Source of the DNA: Octopus sinensis
Lineage: Eukaryota
NCBI RefSeq assembly: GCF_006345805.1
Contig: NC_042998.1
Location: forward strand, 55,552,001 to 55,616,000
DNA: 64,000 nt
Reading direction: 5' to 3'
The notes beneath the pieces were generated by a model. That model had not been told where the DNA came from. It saw nothing but the letters and a program-made list of their open reading frames with translations, and did not search any database. Position numbers and translations under genes: made by a program. Shown here piece by piece: positions 1-18,431 of this stretch. Positions within the stretch are counted from its first letter, which is position 1; every line of letters begins with the position of its first letter.

Positions 1-120
1 CTTCTCTTCTTTTTTTTATGTGTGTACGTATGCAGGTGTCTTGCTATATGTGCATGTATGTGAATATACACACTGACTCATACAGTTGTATGTATGTACG
101 TATGCATGCATGTATGTATG

Positions 121-319
121 TCTTTTGCTCTTCTTTCAGTCATTTGACTGCGGGCATGCTGGAGCACCGCCTTTAGTCGAGCAAATCGACTCCAGGACTT
201 ATTTTTTGTAAGCCTAGTACTTATTCTATCGGTCTCTTTTGCCGAATCGCTAGGTTACGGGGTTGTAAACACACCAGCATCGGTTGTCAAGCAATGTTGG
301 TGGGACAAACACAGACACA

Positions 320-381
<62 letters not shown>

Positions 382-547
382 CATATATATACGACGAGCT
401 TCTTTCAGCTTCCGTCTACCAAATCCACTCACAAGGCTTTGGTCGGCTCGAGACTATAGTAGAAGACACTTGCCCAAGGTGTCACGCAGTGGGACTGAAA
501 CCGGAACCATGTGGTTGGTAAGCAAGCTACTTACCACACGGCCACTC
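121..547 (-). mobile_element. tRNA-derived SINE family A, full length, with internal (CA)n/(TA)n tract
   Basis: Minus strand begins GAGTGGCCGTGTGGTAAGTAGCTTGC...GGTTCCGGTTTCAGTCCC (A/B-box-like), then a CORE-like ACCTTGGGCAAGTGTCTT segment, a microsatellite and a conserved tail; fragments recur many times in the window. Confidence 0.85.
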
Positions 548-548
548 A

Positions 549-720
549 TGTATGTATGTATGTATGAGTAAGTATGTCTATGTTTGTATGGCTATGTATG
601 TGTGTGTATGTATGTATGTATGTATGTATGTATGTATGTATGTATGTATGTATGTATGTATGTATGTACGTATGTATGCATGTGTGTGTGCGCGCGTGTG
701 TGTTTATGCACTCATGTATA
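549..720. repeat. (TATG)n microsatellite
   Basis: Direct reading. Confidence 0.95.
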
Positions 721-1734
721 TATGCAGACATGGATACACGTAAATCAGTCAGAATCAGAAATTTCTCAACAAGAAACGAAACTACGAATGTGCAAACCAC
801 AATGCGTATTTCTTGTAACATGTTATATAACATTTCAATGTAAACATGAAAATTGTAAACCTCGCAGCTCAGGTTGCTAAACTGATCACACATGTATGAC
901 ACTTTCCCACCGGTTGACTATGTATTTACAACAAGAAAACAATGTGTTGCATTACAAAACCGAACATGAAACCAAACTAAATAGAAAAAAAACACATTAT
1001 TATCCTATTGAGTTCACCTTGGCTTTATATAGTCTTTGTTAAGTTAGCATTTTTTTAGAGCAGGTGGAGCTCTGTTAAATAATTAGGTTGTAGGGTTGTG
1101 ATCCAAAGAAATATTTTTTATTGATTACAATTGAAGTTGTGTTATTTTCCAGAACTCACTCATGCATGTAGGACTTTTGTAGTCAGGTGTGTCTATTTAG
1201 GTGTCTCAGCTTCAGGTTTTGGAGCTGTTTTTAGGAATTCACAAAAGAATGTAACAAGGTTAAAAGGTTAGTTGATAAGCAGAAATGTCCCTACATTTTA
1301 TAGTTGATTACATTTGGCTCCAAATAGGAGATTTAATGTTTTTACAGCCTCCACCTTCTAATAACACTTCAATTACAGTTCAGCATGCAAGACTGTGATT
1401 ATGTGCTTTGATTTAGGTGTGTCAACTTTAGCGTGTGTTGTTAGTTTAGAAATTTGTTTATTTTGTGCTTTAAGGCTCACAAAAGGATATAGTTAGGTGA
1501 AAATGTTGGTTGGTCAGCAGTAATTAATTGTTCTTATTTAATTACTATTTCAAAAATTCAACATATCTGTAGGGAGAAAAAGTTTGTAGGCTATGTTTTT
1601 CATAAATATTTCTTCTATTTGATTTCAAGCTTAGGTATTTTAATAAGATATGATTTTCGACCTATGAACATATGCAAATGTGTGCATATAATTATGTAAC
1701 GAAATAAAAAAAAAAGATAAATAAATAGAATAAA

Positions 1735-1761
1735 TTTATTATTATTGTTGTTGTTGTTGTT

Positions 1762-1823
<62 letters not shown>

Positions 1824-1855
1824 TAATAACAACAACAAAAATAATAATAATAACG
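1735..1855. repeat. (TTG)n/(AAT)n/(AAC)n compound trinucleotide array
   Basis: Direct reading. Confidence 0.9.
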
Positions 1856-3269
1856 GAAAGATTAGATCAAATCTGAAACCATCAGGAACCAGGAATTAAG
1901 ATTCCACAAGAACAATGAAAGGAAACTATGTTATAATGTAAGCCATATCAGGAAACCGAGATGGCTAACATTATAACATACGCTCTAACCACTGATCCAT
2001 GAGCCTTCACACACACACGCACACAGACACAGACACACACACACACACACACAACACACACACACACACATATATATAATATATATATATATACGTATAT
2101 GTACTTATGAACATTTTCCGTGGGTATTTTGGTTGAAAGTTTGGGATCTTTTAGATACTTTCTATTTCACTTGCTTAGTGAAATGCTGCAGTGTAAGTGC
2201 TTATGTATATTTTGGGAATAGTTCATCATGAAGGCGTAGGTGAGGTATTTTTATGTTTAAAAATCTATTCTTATAAAATATTAAAAAAAAAAATATTCTT
2301 ATGAAATATCTTAAATTCATAGTTTCAGTTCAGAATTTGGTTTCTAAATATGAGAATGTGATAGAATTCCACTGTTTTTCTATATATCGGTACGAAATTC
2401 GACTAGAATACAGTGATTGTGGACGCCTCTTGTTGATGAAGCGGAAACATACTGAAATCAGGGAAGTGCTGGGCATTTTTGTCCGCTGCTGATATCGTGT
2501 GCTTTTTAACACTATACTCTTATTAGAGATGATTTCTCAGAACGAATGCTGCAGTTTTATAATGGTTTTTTTTATGTATGTCAACGTGAAGTTGGATATT
2601 GAGATTGCTATTCGTTACTAATACGGCTTCCGTCACCAATAACTAACAACGTGTTTAGTTTTGTAAGAAGGCAAACTAAACACGGTTTTTAATACAGCAT
2701 TCTTTTAAATACAACCCATCAAGGAAAGTAAATATTCTTGTATAAGAATCATTCTAGAAAATACATGTCAATTTCTATGATTCATTCAGTCCGTCAATGA
2801 CAGTTTGTGATTTCATAAATATTCTTCCCTTCAATAATATCTCTATTCATCCAGGATCGATATGCAAAACACCAATAATATATAACATTAGATTTTACGA
2901 AAATAATATTGTGCATAACAAAGCAGTTAGTATCAAGTTGGAAAGATTTTATGCTAGGATTTACATACACCATTTACTTGGCTAAAGTAAGGTTGAAACC
3001 ATAAGCATAATCATGAGTCATAAACTCATGCTTAACGTAGCTTTTTTGATTGTTCCTAATCAGTAATAGTAGAAAAGTTACTCTATAAAAACAGAAAACC
3101 TTTCATATTTTATCTCGTTCTTTGATCATATCATTACATTTGATTATTTGTACGTTAGTTGTTTTAAAAGCAAATATTCATAATATACGGTAAACCTTGG
3201 AAAAAATCTTGTTCATATGATGATAAAAGGATAGACATGCTAATGCTGGAATGCCTACTGATTTAGGTC

Positions 3270-3458
3270 CAAGGCCATCAGTTGTAAGGCGTAAAGGATA
3301 GTCGACACCACCGACCTCAATATTTGACTGATACTTTATTTCGACCTCGAAAGGATGAAAGGCAAAGCTGAAAAGAGCTGTATTTAATACAGGTTGGTAT
3401 TTTATTTTACTTGGACTTTACTCGACCTTCTGACAATTCTGCCAGCTCACCGACTTAA
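3270..3458 (-). mobile_element. SINE family B, degenerate
   Basis: CGAAAGGATGAAAGGCAAAG and ATTCTGCCAGCTCACC are reverse complements of the family B core and head. Confidence 0.55.
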
Positions 3459-4297
3459 TACTAATGCTAAAATATTTGATATGATGCTAATACTAGAAAT
3501 TTAATTGGGATGTTAATACAGGAAACAAAAGATGAGTCTCCGATAAGGCTTCGATCCACTTTTGTAGCTACTTAAATTTTCTTTGTAAAGACGTTGCAGA
3601 TCACACTGCTTCTACCAATTTCTATAAAAATCAGTTGTAGAAATTCTTTGCATGAATTCCTCTCTTACTTTTTTTTTTCTGAGTATTACCTAAAACACTG
3701 TGCCATCACTGTCTTTATCTTTATTTCTAATTAATCATTGCAGCAGTTGTGGCGATTTTTAATCCCAGATCAACCTTGATAGAGAAGACCTATAGAGAGG
3801 GTTATTTATTTTATACACGTTAGTATTGCCCATAAGTTGAACCAAAAGCTACTCAGATCACGCAAAACACCATAAAGAGTTTATAAATGGAAATATTTAC
3901 ATACAGAGAGAAATTACTTAAGTTTTACGATGTTTCAGCTGGTTCCGATAGATTTGAATTCGAGTTCGAGGCAACTGTGACGTATATAAAATCCATAATC
4001 TACTCCCACTGCTGTATCTCTGCCTACTGTGGATGTGTATACCTAATTTACCTCTATATCTACGTTAGCAGCATGAACCCATCTATAGGGTGTTGTGGGG
4101 CGGGGAGAAAGAGAGAGAAGTAGAAAATATAGAAATGAAGAATATCTTCAAGGATACTAGTGCTTTCCATTTCGTCGAGATACGAAGGAAGGATCAGAAT
4201 GATAAGTATATACGTTTGGTAGTTCCATTGAATTCATTTAATACGCACTTTTCAGGATATGCATCAACTACGTAGAGCTTCCTCGGTTAAAGCATTT

Positions 4298-4362
<65 letters not shown>

Positions 4363-4745
4363 TATGTATGTATATATACATACATACAACGAGTGTTAAT
4401 AATGAGGTTTTGTAAAGAAAGAGACTGCTCTTTCCAAGTTGCCCTCCCGGCCCTGAAGATATCTCTACCTTTTGTATCCATAATGCAATTTTTAATTGTA
4501 AAATGAATGAAGGTGGATATTGAAACGATCGTAGGCCTCATGTAATCGACAGTTATGTAAATTAATCGATTTTGCTGTATTCATACTCTCCATTGCCTTT
4601 ATATATATATAACTCACATGCACATACGCATATATATGCATATAAATTAACATGTTTATATATGTGCGTATGTATTAGCGTTGCTTTATTTTTCAAGTGA
4701 ATAATTGTTTAAGTCATTTTCACTATTATATTATCACTCAAAATT

Positions 4746-4850
4746 AGGCATCGATCTGGCAGAATCGTTAACACCCCGGACAGAGTACTTAATAGCATTT
4801 CGTACGTTTTTACTTTCGTCCCCTTCGCAGTCGATGAAATAAGTATTCAC
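4746..4850 (+). mobile_element. SINE family B, degenerate and internally deleted
   Basis: CTGGCAGAATCGTTAAC head and GTCGATGAAATAAGTA core. Confidence 0.5.
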
Positions 4851-5111
4851 TCCTGCTATTGTTATAAATATTTCCTTTTTAAATTTAAATTTTTGATGTG
4901 AAATTCCGAAGATCGAATACTTTTAAATTAAGAGCTACATACAGAGAAAATGTATTGTGCTGTCGCAACGCTTCGGCTACTTTCATAAGATATCGATTCA
5001 GATTTAGGGCAACATAAGCGTGTATTAAACAAGTAATCCTGTTTTACTGTTGTTTCTTTAACTGTAGATATCGGCAGGGTATATATGAATATTTCATCTA
5101 CATATGGACCC

Positions 5112-5250
5112 AGGCGTGGCTGTGTGGTAAGTAGCTTGCTTATGAACCACATGGTTCCGGGTTCACTCCCACTGCGTGGTACCTTGGGCAAGTGTCTTCC
5201 ACTATAGCCTCGGGCCGATGAAAGCCTTGTGAGTGGATTTGGTAGACGGA
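5112..5250 (+). mobile_element. SINE family A, head only
   Basis: GCGTGGCTGTGTGGTAAGTAGCTTGC...GGTTCCGGGTTCACTCCC...GGATTTGGTAGACGG; matches 121-547. Confidence 0.85.
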
Positions 5251-5819
5251 TAAACACAGTTTATCTAAAACTACATTTCTTATCAAATGCATCCATTAGT
5301 TTTATAAAAAGTAGGATGTGACTTGAGGAAAAGTTGGTTGTTATTCGTAGCAGATCGAGCAACCACGTAGTAGTACTCTGTGGGTTAATCAATGCATATC
5401 TTATCTATATTTGTTCCGGTAATCATACTTAAACTTGCTCTGAATATTCTTGAAAGTTAAAGCCACTGGCGTTTTGGATTCTTGGGTATTAACCAGGGAT
5501 TAGAGCAGCCGACCCGGTTATCAGTATTTGGGTTTATCAGCTGATTATAAACACAATAAATATTCTATAGTAAAATTAAATGTATGTTCTTCTATGCATT
5601 TTTAAACCAAAGTACACATTCCACTTGAAATGGGGAAGAGAAATTACGAAGATATGCGAAACTTATATAAACACTGGAATTTTAATCAAAACCAACTACT
5701 TTTCAATGGTAGACCCTCACATTTATCAAACAGTATTCATAAAAGAATATTAAAAAAAGAGAAACTTTGTCAAATATAGTGTTGGAAAATCTTGACTTCT
5801 AAACGGAACTGAAGTCAAC

Positions 5820-6025
5820 GAGTCAGCAGAACCGCTGGAGGGGCGGAAAACAATGCTCTTACAGTATTTGTTCTGGCTTTTTATCTTTATGGTTTGAGTT
5901 CAAATTCCGCCGAGTTCAATCTTGCCTTTCATCCCTCCGTGGTCGATAAAGTATAGTAGCAGTCAAGTATTGACTGGTACTTTATTAACCCCACCGCCTT
6001 TAACATTGTTGGCTTCGTACCTTAA
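5820..6025 (+). mobile_element. SINE family B, degenerate
   Basis: TTGAGTTCAAATTCCGCCGAG...TTGCCTTTCATCC...GGTCGATAAA. Confidence 0.6.
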
Positions 6026-6074
6026 GTTATAACTAATCAGAAATCAATTAATAACAGATTATACATTGCTTTAT

Positions 6075-6960
6075 GGTATCCTTTATATGGTATCAACCAG
6101 TATACGTTTTAAGGTACGGTATCATTTTACAATACATTCTTCACAAGGGGTACCCCAATACAACCTGACATGACGAACTGGTACGCTGAAAGAAAAAGTT
6201 TGAGAAATTCTTTACTAAATATTTAATTAATCTATTAATTAATTACTCCATAGACCGTATGGTGTGTCATATAATTAGTCTACACACACGCCATACTTAC
6301 ATAGATCCTTGAGCGCATATTGCTTTATGGTATGTATGTCTCATATATCAACCCGTATACGTTTTCAGGCACGGTACCATTATACAATATATCCTTCACA
6401 AGAAGTACCCCACTACAGCCGGACATGACGAACGGGTACGCGGAAAGAAAATGTGTGAGAAATTCTTTACTAAGGACTTAATTAATTAATGACTCCATAG
6501 CCCGTATAGTAAGTTAGATCCTCGGAACCATTCTATTTATTACAATCAAATAAATTGCAACCCACCCTGGTACCCCTATACAGCCGGACATGAACGGATA
6601 TGCCGAAAGAAAAAAATCTGAGAAATTCTTTACTAAATATCTAATTATCAAAATTATTTCATAGCCTGTATGGTGTGTTACTTAATTAGTCTACATGCAA
6701 GGCATACTTATATAGATCCTCGGAAGCATTTTATTTATAGCAATCAAATAAATCCCAACCCAGTCGGATACCCCTATACAGCCGGACATGACGAATGGGT
6801 ACCTTGAAAGATAATATCTGAAAAATTCTTTACTAAATATTTAATTAATAAAATTATTTCATATCCCGTATGATGTGTTACATAATTAGTCTACATACAA
6901 GGCATACTTACATAGATCCTCAGAAGCATTCTATTTATAACAATCCAAAAAATCCCAGCC
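6075..6960. repeat. Degenerate tandem repeat, 4 units of about 165-255 bp
   Basis: Core TACCCC.ATACAGCCGGACATGACGAA...GAAAGAAAA...TGAGAAATTCTTTACTAA recurs near 6150, 6405, 6570 and 6768. Confidence 0.85.
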
Positions 6961-7369
6961 CGCCCCTAATTCTTACCACAACACAATGTTTATGGTACAT
7001 TATATGACGCACACAGTAAGGTGATTATTTGATTATAATGTTTACCACCTTTGGTATTAGATTTAATCTACACTGAGTATGTAAACATACTTAGTCTTAC
7101 TATGAAATTTGTTTCAGCTTAAAAACCAAATAAATGTTAACATATGATCAGGAACAAGAATATCGTGTCTATCACAGTTTTTTTACTGTTTACATTTACA
7201 GGAGAATTATAGAACTTTTCTCTTTAGTTTTCGTTTTAACTTAATGCAAATTTCATTTGTTTTTCTCATTTTCTCTTTTCAATTTATATATATTTTTTAT
7301 CCCTCATTTCTTTCTTCTCACTTCCCACTTTTCTTTATCTTTCTCTCACATTCTGTCTTTCACTTACTC

Positions 7370-7960
7370 TCTTTCTACACACATACACATATCTATACAC
7401 ACACACACATATATCTATACACACACACACGTGTCTATATGTTTGTGTACACAGGCACACATGTCTGTGTATGTGTGTGTGTGTGTGTTGTGTGTGTGTG
7501 TGTGTACAGAGAAACAGACAGACAAGAGGAGAGAGAGAGAGATGTCTGTAAGTTGTGTGTGACTGTGGGGTGGGATGGGCGCGCGTGTGCATTTATTCAT
7601 TCCTTCTTGGGAGTCTTCGAAATTGTAAATACTTCAAAGACTAACGTATATAATGTCTAATAACATTTATTTTATATAAACACGCACACAAACAGAGACA
7701 CATACAAGCATACATAATACATAAATATTAGCAAATATAAGCAAGCATACATACATGTATACATACATACATGCGTGCACTCACACACACATATATATAC
7801 TTGTATAAGTATATTCATATATATATATATGTGTGTATGTATGTATCTATGTATGCATGTATGTATGTATGTATGTATGTATGTATGTATGTATGTACGT
7901 ATGCATGTATGTATGTATCTATGTATGCATGTATGTATGCACGTATGTATGTCTTTCTGT
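7370..7960. repeat. (CA)n, (GT)n and (TATG)n microsatellite cluster
   Basis: Direct reading. Confidence 0.85.
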
Positions 7961-8629
7961 ATATACATCATTTATTCTATTTCTTTATTTTAAAGACAGT
8001 CTTCTTTTCCTGTGTCCCCGCAGTTTTTCAGATTAGATGTTGTCAGCATGTTTCGCGCTTGGCTGATTCTATAGAGCTTTACTGTCATCTCGATACATGG
8101 ATCCCAGAGGAAATATGATAACAATTTGTAGAAAGTTTCCTATCCTCCATTTTCCATATACTTTGCTTGCTAATCTTGCCTAATAATGAGACTAGCAATC
8201 CCTTTCGATAAACTATGTGTCAAAATACTTTCTTATCTCTCTAAGAATTTCTCCACTATTCCAGATAAAATTATGAAATGATGGCAGCATAAAGCCCGTT
8301 CAATAGCCTTATTTTAGGTACTTCTATTATGTTCTCTTTTAATTCGTTTTCTTTTTCTCCCATATTCAGTGAAATTGATTGACATAAGCGATCGGACGAC
8401 AGAAACGATATAAAGCGTTTTAGATCCTCGTTTATTACAAGTCCAAATTCTAGTAAGAGTTAAAATGATTTTGTCAACTCTTCCAAAAATCACTTTTAGT
8501 CAAAGACCTTCCAGCTATGACCATCCTATCTTTTATTTCCCAACAGGATTGTTTTACTTCTTAGGCTTACGGATTGATCGAATTAATTGGATACCGCACT
8601 TCCCCTTGTACCTAAGTTAGAAATTGTTG

Positions 8630-8636
8630 TTATTAA

Positions 8637-8683
<47 letters not shown>

Positions 8684-8693
8684 TATTATTATT

Positions 8694-8761
<68 letters not shown>

Positions 8762-8765
8762 TATT

Positions 8766-8861
<96 letters not shown>

Positions 8862-8863
8862 TT
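8630..8863. repeat. (ATT)n-(ATC)n-(ATT)n compound microsatellite
   Basis: Direct reading; abuts the 3' end of an R4/Dong element. Confidence 0.95.
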
Positions 8864-10834
8864 ATTGTCTTTGCACAGCTAATGCTGGAGATGTACTACG
8901 GTGTCAGCTGTTCACAACCCTTATTTCTCGAGCACCATCCGGAGTATTCGAGCGGTCCCAGGCAGTGCTGTTTTTTGCAAGAGCTCCACCCTTATTGCAG
9001 CCCCTATTTGTTCAATGTACTTCTCAAGATTTTTACTCACTGTTCTCAGGGCTCCGACAATTATTGGTACTACTACCACCTTTTTCATCAACCACAACTG
9101 CTTAACCTCCCAAGCTAAACCGCTTCGGTTGTCAAGCGATGTTGGGGGGACAAACACAGACAGACAAACATATTCACACGAATACAAACATACATACATC
9201 GACTTTTTTTCCTCCTTGTCGCATACCTTGCAGTCAGCTCTCACATGCTATACCTATGATCCAGCATCGTTTGTTTTCTTTCTCAATTAACACTATGTCT
9301 GGATTCCTATTCTCTATCTCATGGTTGCCCTGAATCATAAAATCCCATAGGATCTTTGCATTATCATTTTCGATGATGCCTTCGGATTTATATTCGCACC
9401 ACTTTTTTGCTCTGTTGAAAATTGTCCAATGGACAATCTTTGTATATTCTTTCTGAGCTAGTGGCATGCATTGACCGGTAATATGCCATTTTGTCCACAG
9501 ATTCTGCACTTATCACTTTCTGATGTGTTGTCTATTCCGTATTTGATGTAATTTGTTCTTAATGTTTGCTCTTGAGCAGCACAGATTAGAGCCTCCGTTC
9601 CTGGTTTTAAATCACTTTTAGTCATCCATAGTCATCTTTTTCTCTGTTTGTCTTATTTTCAACATATCTATGAAATTGACCATGCGTTCATTTCTTTACC
9701 CACCTATTTTCAGTTTAATTCATTCTCAAGTGCTTGTACAATGCTTTATCTTTGCAATCTTCCATCATACACAAGCCTGATCTTCTTGCTTCCAATAATA
9801 GCGGTTCTGTGGCATTTTTTAAATACCATTCTATGTTGTTTTCTTCTGCTCTAATGCTGTATTCGAATCCAATCAGTCCTATTCCCCCTCTTTTTCTTGG
9901 TACATACAGTCCGTCTGTGTCACTTTTTGGGTGGAGTATCCCATATCTAGTCAGCAACTTCCTTGTCTTTCTATCAAAGCTGTTTAGTTCGTCTACTGTC
10001 CATGCGATTATCCCTGCTCCATATCTAAGTAGTGAAACCGCCCAGATGTTGATAGCTTCAATCTTATTTCGTTCATTTAATTTCGACTTAAGGATCAATC
10101 TCAGTCTCCACCTTAATTTTTCTGTCATCAATTTATCCATTTCCAAAATCCCCAAGTACTTATAGCCCGTCTCTTCTATCTGCTTTATACCCTCCCCCGA
10201 CGGTATCGTTAGCCCGTCCATACATTTGATTTTGCCTCTCTTCAAGACTAACACACCACACATTCTCAGTCCGAACTCCATTCTCATATCAGCACTGAAG
10301 GTATACACCATATCAACGAGGGAACTGACTTGAGATTCATCTTTACCATAAATTTGAGGTCATCCATGAATAACAAGTGGCGGCTCTTGAATACATACCC
10401 AGCTTTTGCTTCCCTCAGAATCAGTGTTAGTGATATCAAGCACAGTACAAAGATCAATGGAGATAGGTGGTCCCCTTTAAAGATGCCTCCCTTGATTTCT
10501 ATTGTCCCTAAACTTCTTCAATATGTTGTCAGTTCCGTCTTCCACTTCGTCATACTTTTTCCAAGCAATCGCTCAACATTCGATGCAATACCAAATAGGT
10601 TCGTAAATTCCGTAATCCAAGAATGTGGGATCATATCGTACGCCTTACGATAGTCGATCCATAACATGGCTAAGTTACTTTTCCTCCTCTTGAAGTCTCA
10701 AAGTACAGTTTTGTCTATCAGGAGTTGATCCTTGGTCCCTCTGCACTTACGCTTGCAACCCTTCTGTTCATGTGGCAGGACTCCATTTTTTCCAGATGCC
10801 CGTACATTGACTTTGCGAATATTCCAGTCAATAA
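8864..10834 (-). mobile_element. R4/Dong-type RLE non-LTR retrotransposon, family 1, 5'-truncated and decayed
   Basis: RT remnants (GGIFKGDHLSPLIF, LLFMDDLK, YKYLGI), RLE PDIVLIEKENKRCWII and C-terminal VVPIIVGALRTV...LQKTALPGTARIL; many stops and frameshifts; same family as 41110-43429. Confidence 0.9.
9112..9190 (-). mobile_element. SINE family A fragment inserted in the R4 element
   Basis: CGGTTGTCAAGCGATGTTGGGGGGACAAACACAGAC matches 280-320; interrupts the RLE coding region. Confidence 0.75.
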
Positions 10835-10837
10835 TTG

Positions 10838-15710
<4,873 letters not shown>

Positions 15711-15737
15711 TTATTATTATTATTATTATTATTATTA

Positions 15738-15783
<46 letters not shown>
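15711..15783. repeat. (TTA)n microsatellite
   Basis: Direct reading. Confidence 0.95.
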
Positions 15784-15785
<2 letters not shown>

Positions 15786-15789
15786 CAAC

Positions 15790-15999
15790 GCGGGGAGCTA
15801 GCAGAATCATCAACACGCTGGGCAAAATGCTTATCGACATTTTCTCCGTCTTTACGTTCTGAGTTCAAATTTCGCTGAGGTCCACTTTACCTTCATCCTT
15901 TTGGAGTCTGTGAAATAAATACCAGTTGAATACTGGGGTCGATGAAATCGACCTTCCCGCTCCCCCGAAATTACTGCCTGTGTACCAAAATTGAAACCA
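15790..15999 (+). mobile_element. SINE family B
   Basis: GAGCTAGCAGAATC head, CGTTCTGAGTTCAAATT B-box-like motif, ACTGGGGTCGATG core. Confidence 0.8.
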
Positions 16000-16020
16000 T
16001 TATTACCACTATTAGGTAAA

Positions 16021-16265
16021 CAGATTAAAGCGGCGAGCACAGATTAAAGCGGCGAAACAGATTAAATCGTTAGCACGCCGCTCAAATGCTTAGCAGCATT
16101 TCTTCCGTCTTTACGTTCTGAATTTAAATTCCACTGAAGTCGACTTTGTCTTCCATTCTTCCGAGGTCGACAAAATAAGAACCAATCAAGTACTGGGATC
16201 AACGAATTCCACCTGTCCCCTCTCACAAAATTTCGCCTGTTGTACCTAAGTTCAAAGGATTATTA
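16021..16265 (+). mobile_element. SINE family B with a triplicated 5' segment (CAGATTAAAGCGGCGA)
   Basis: Family B core preceded by a short tandem repeat. Confidence 0.7.
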
Positions 16266-16332
16266 GATAGGTGTATTTATGTAAGCATATATACATACAC
16301 ACATGCAATGACGTAGTACGTGCTCGCCAGAC

Positions 16333-16402
16333 CTATTTGCAAACAGCAGCCACATCTTGTCCAAATCACATATTGGATGATGAAGACCCGCACGCAATAC
16401 GT
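16333..16402 (-). CDS. Candidate exon, TYCVRVFIIQYVIWTRCGCCLQI or an alternative frame
   Basis: Very strong acceptor ATTTGATTTTGTTTTTCTTAG, moderate donor AG|GTCTGG, two open frames; no homology recognised. Confidence 0.2.
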
Positions 16403-16962
16403 CTAAGAAAAACAAAATCAAATATTCATAATTGGAATGCTTTTGATCATAGACATGTTTGTGAGGAGTTGACATGGGACTCAACAACAACATGAAGACC
16501 ATTTAAGCACTCCTACATTATTTCCAACAAACAATAATATTCTTATGGGATATTCACATGAAATGTTCTTTGCTTAAATGTTTTGTTGACGTTCGTGAGG
16601 TCAGAACTTAGAATGGCTTTCATAGCAGACAATTATTTCATATTACAAATATATATATATACATATATAAAAGAAATTTAAAAAATAAACGTTACGTGAT
16701 AGTGTTGATAATTTCAAATCTCTTCAGTCGTTCGGTATATTCCACAGCTTTGATTACCTTTCGTTTGTTACATACACACGTACACACGCACAAATACACA
16801 AACACACACACAGCCAAACACACAAACATTTGTGTGTTTGTGTGTGTATTATATGTACATATATGTATACATTGGTCACAGCATGGCCACAGTCCTATGA
16901 CAGAAACACGTAAAAGATGAAAGATATGTCCATATATATATATATGTATGTATGTATGTATT

Positions 16963-17006
<44 letters not shown>

Positions 17007-17144
17007 CACAAACAAACATACACATATACATATGCGTGTGTATTTATAAATATATATGTATACACAGTATTTATAAATAATATATATAGTTTTTATAATT
17101 ACTCTCTCTTTCTCCTTCTCTCTTTCCCTCTCTTTCTGTATAAT

Positions 17145-17235
<91 letters not shown>

Positions 17236-17918
17236 ATGTATGTGGGTGTATAGTATTTATAAATACTTCTGTGCTTAACTTTGATGTCGAATAGTCCATA
17301 GGATTCGTTAATATAACTCTATTGTGATATTATCAATACAAGATGAAATGGAGCTCATCTTTTAGATCTTCATGTCTCGCGCGGGCATTTGAAATAAATA
17401 TTCAGACAGACATAATTATTTAATATTCATATAAATATAAGATAAATACTGTACATAACCATTTAAAAACCTTCATTTTACTTAGTTCCTATGTTTATTT
17501 AAATGGTCTTTAATTCCACGAGAAATTCGCAGCAGTACCTTTATGATACTAATTCTATCACCATCAAAAATATATACAAATACTGTAAGGTCTCTTGTTT
17601 GGTAATCTTCTGTGTTTCATTCATTGTTTTTTTCTTTTTTTTTTTTTTGCATTATTATAATATTAATAATATTAAAAGGTTTGTGTGGTCAGTTTCTCAT
17701 TGGAATTTTTACCTATTCATTGTAAGTAAAATATATTTCAAGACGCGCCTTATAGAAGAGGTCGGTACCTTACGATAGTTACACACACACACACACACAC
17801 ATATGTGTGTATATATATGTATGTATGTATGCATGTATGTATATATGTATGTACATACGTATATATATATGTGTATATATGTGTGTGTGTATATATGTAT
17901 ATAATATGAGCTTATATA

Positions 17919-17954
<36 letters not shown>

Positions 17955-18204
17955 TGTATGTATGTATGTATGTATATAACGGGTCTATGTATATAACGGG
18001 TGTATGTATATAACGGGTTCAGTACACACTTTTAGTAAAGTAGCTTTTTACTTGTTCGGCATTCACTTTGGGCAAGAAAACACAAATACATTTACATACC
18101 TGCGTGATACGATTGAATATCATATTTATAAATACCCATTTACCACAGCATTGTATTGAAGCCAATGCATATGCGTTTGTGTGTGTGTGTGTGTGTGTGT
18201 GTGA

Positions 18205-18243
<39 letters not shown>

Positions 18244-18431
18244 TGCATACACACACACACACACACACAAGACCTTTTGAATACTGCCTCGTGCAACTCT
18301 CTTCTCGAGAAGCAACATGATTTATCAATCTAACTTTCTAGTATGATATTGTCAATATGTGATCAAACGAAGTTGTTTATCCTTGGATATTTAAGTCTCA
18401 AGTACACCAAAATATATATTTATTTAGCTAT

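Noticed and set aside
6075-6960. CRISPR-like array
   Set aside because: Eukaryotic context; units are long and degenerate, with no unique spacers or cas genes
8040-8560. Possible L1/Tx1 relic or plus-strand exon
   Set aside because: No diagnostic motif; the open stretch is short
8587-9118. Poly-His/Ser/Ile ORFs
   Set aside because: They are read-through of (ATT)n(ATC)n into the antisense of an R4 element
16350-16440. Plus-strand Tc1-like DENPH motif (DDEDPHAIR)
   Set aside because: A single short motif with no flanking transposase signatures
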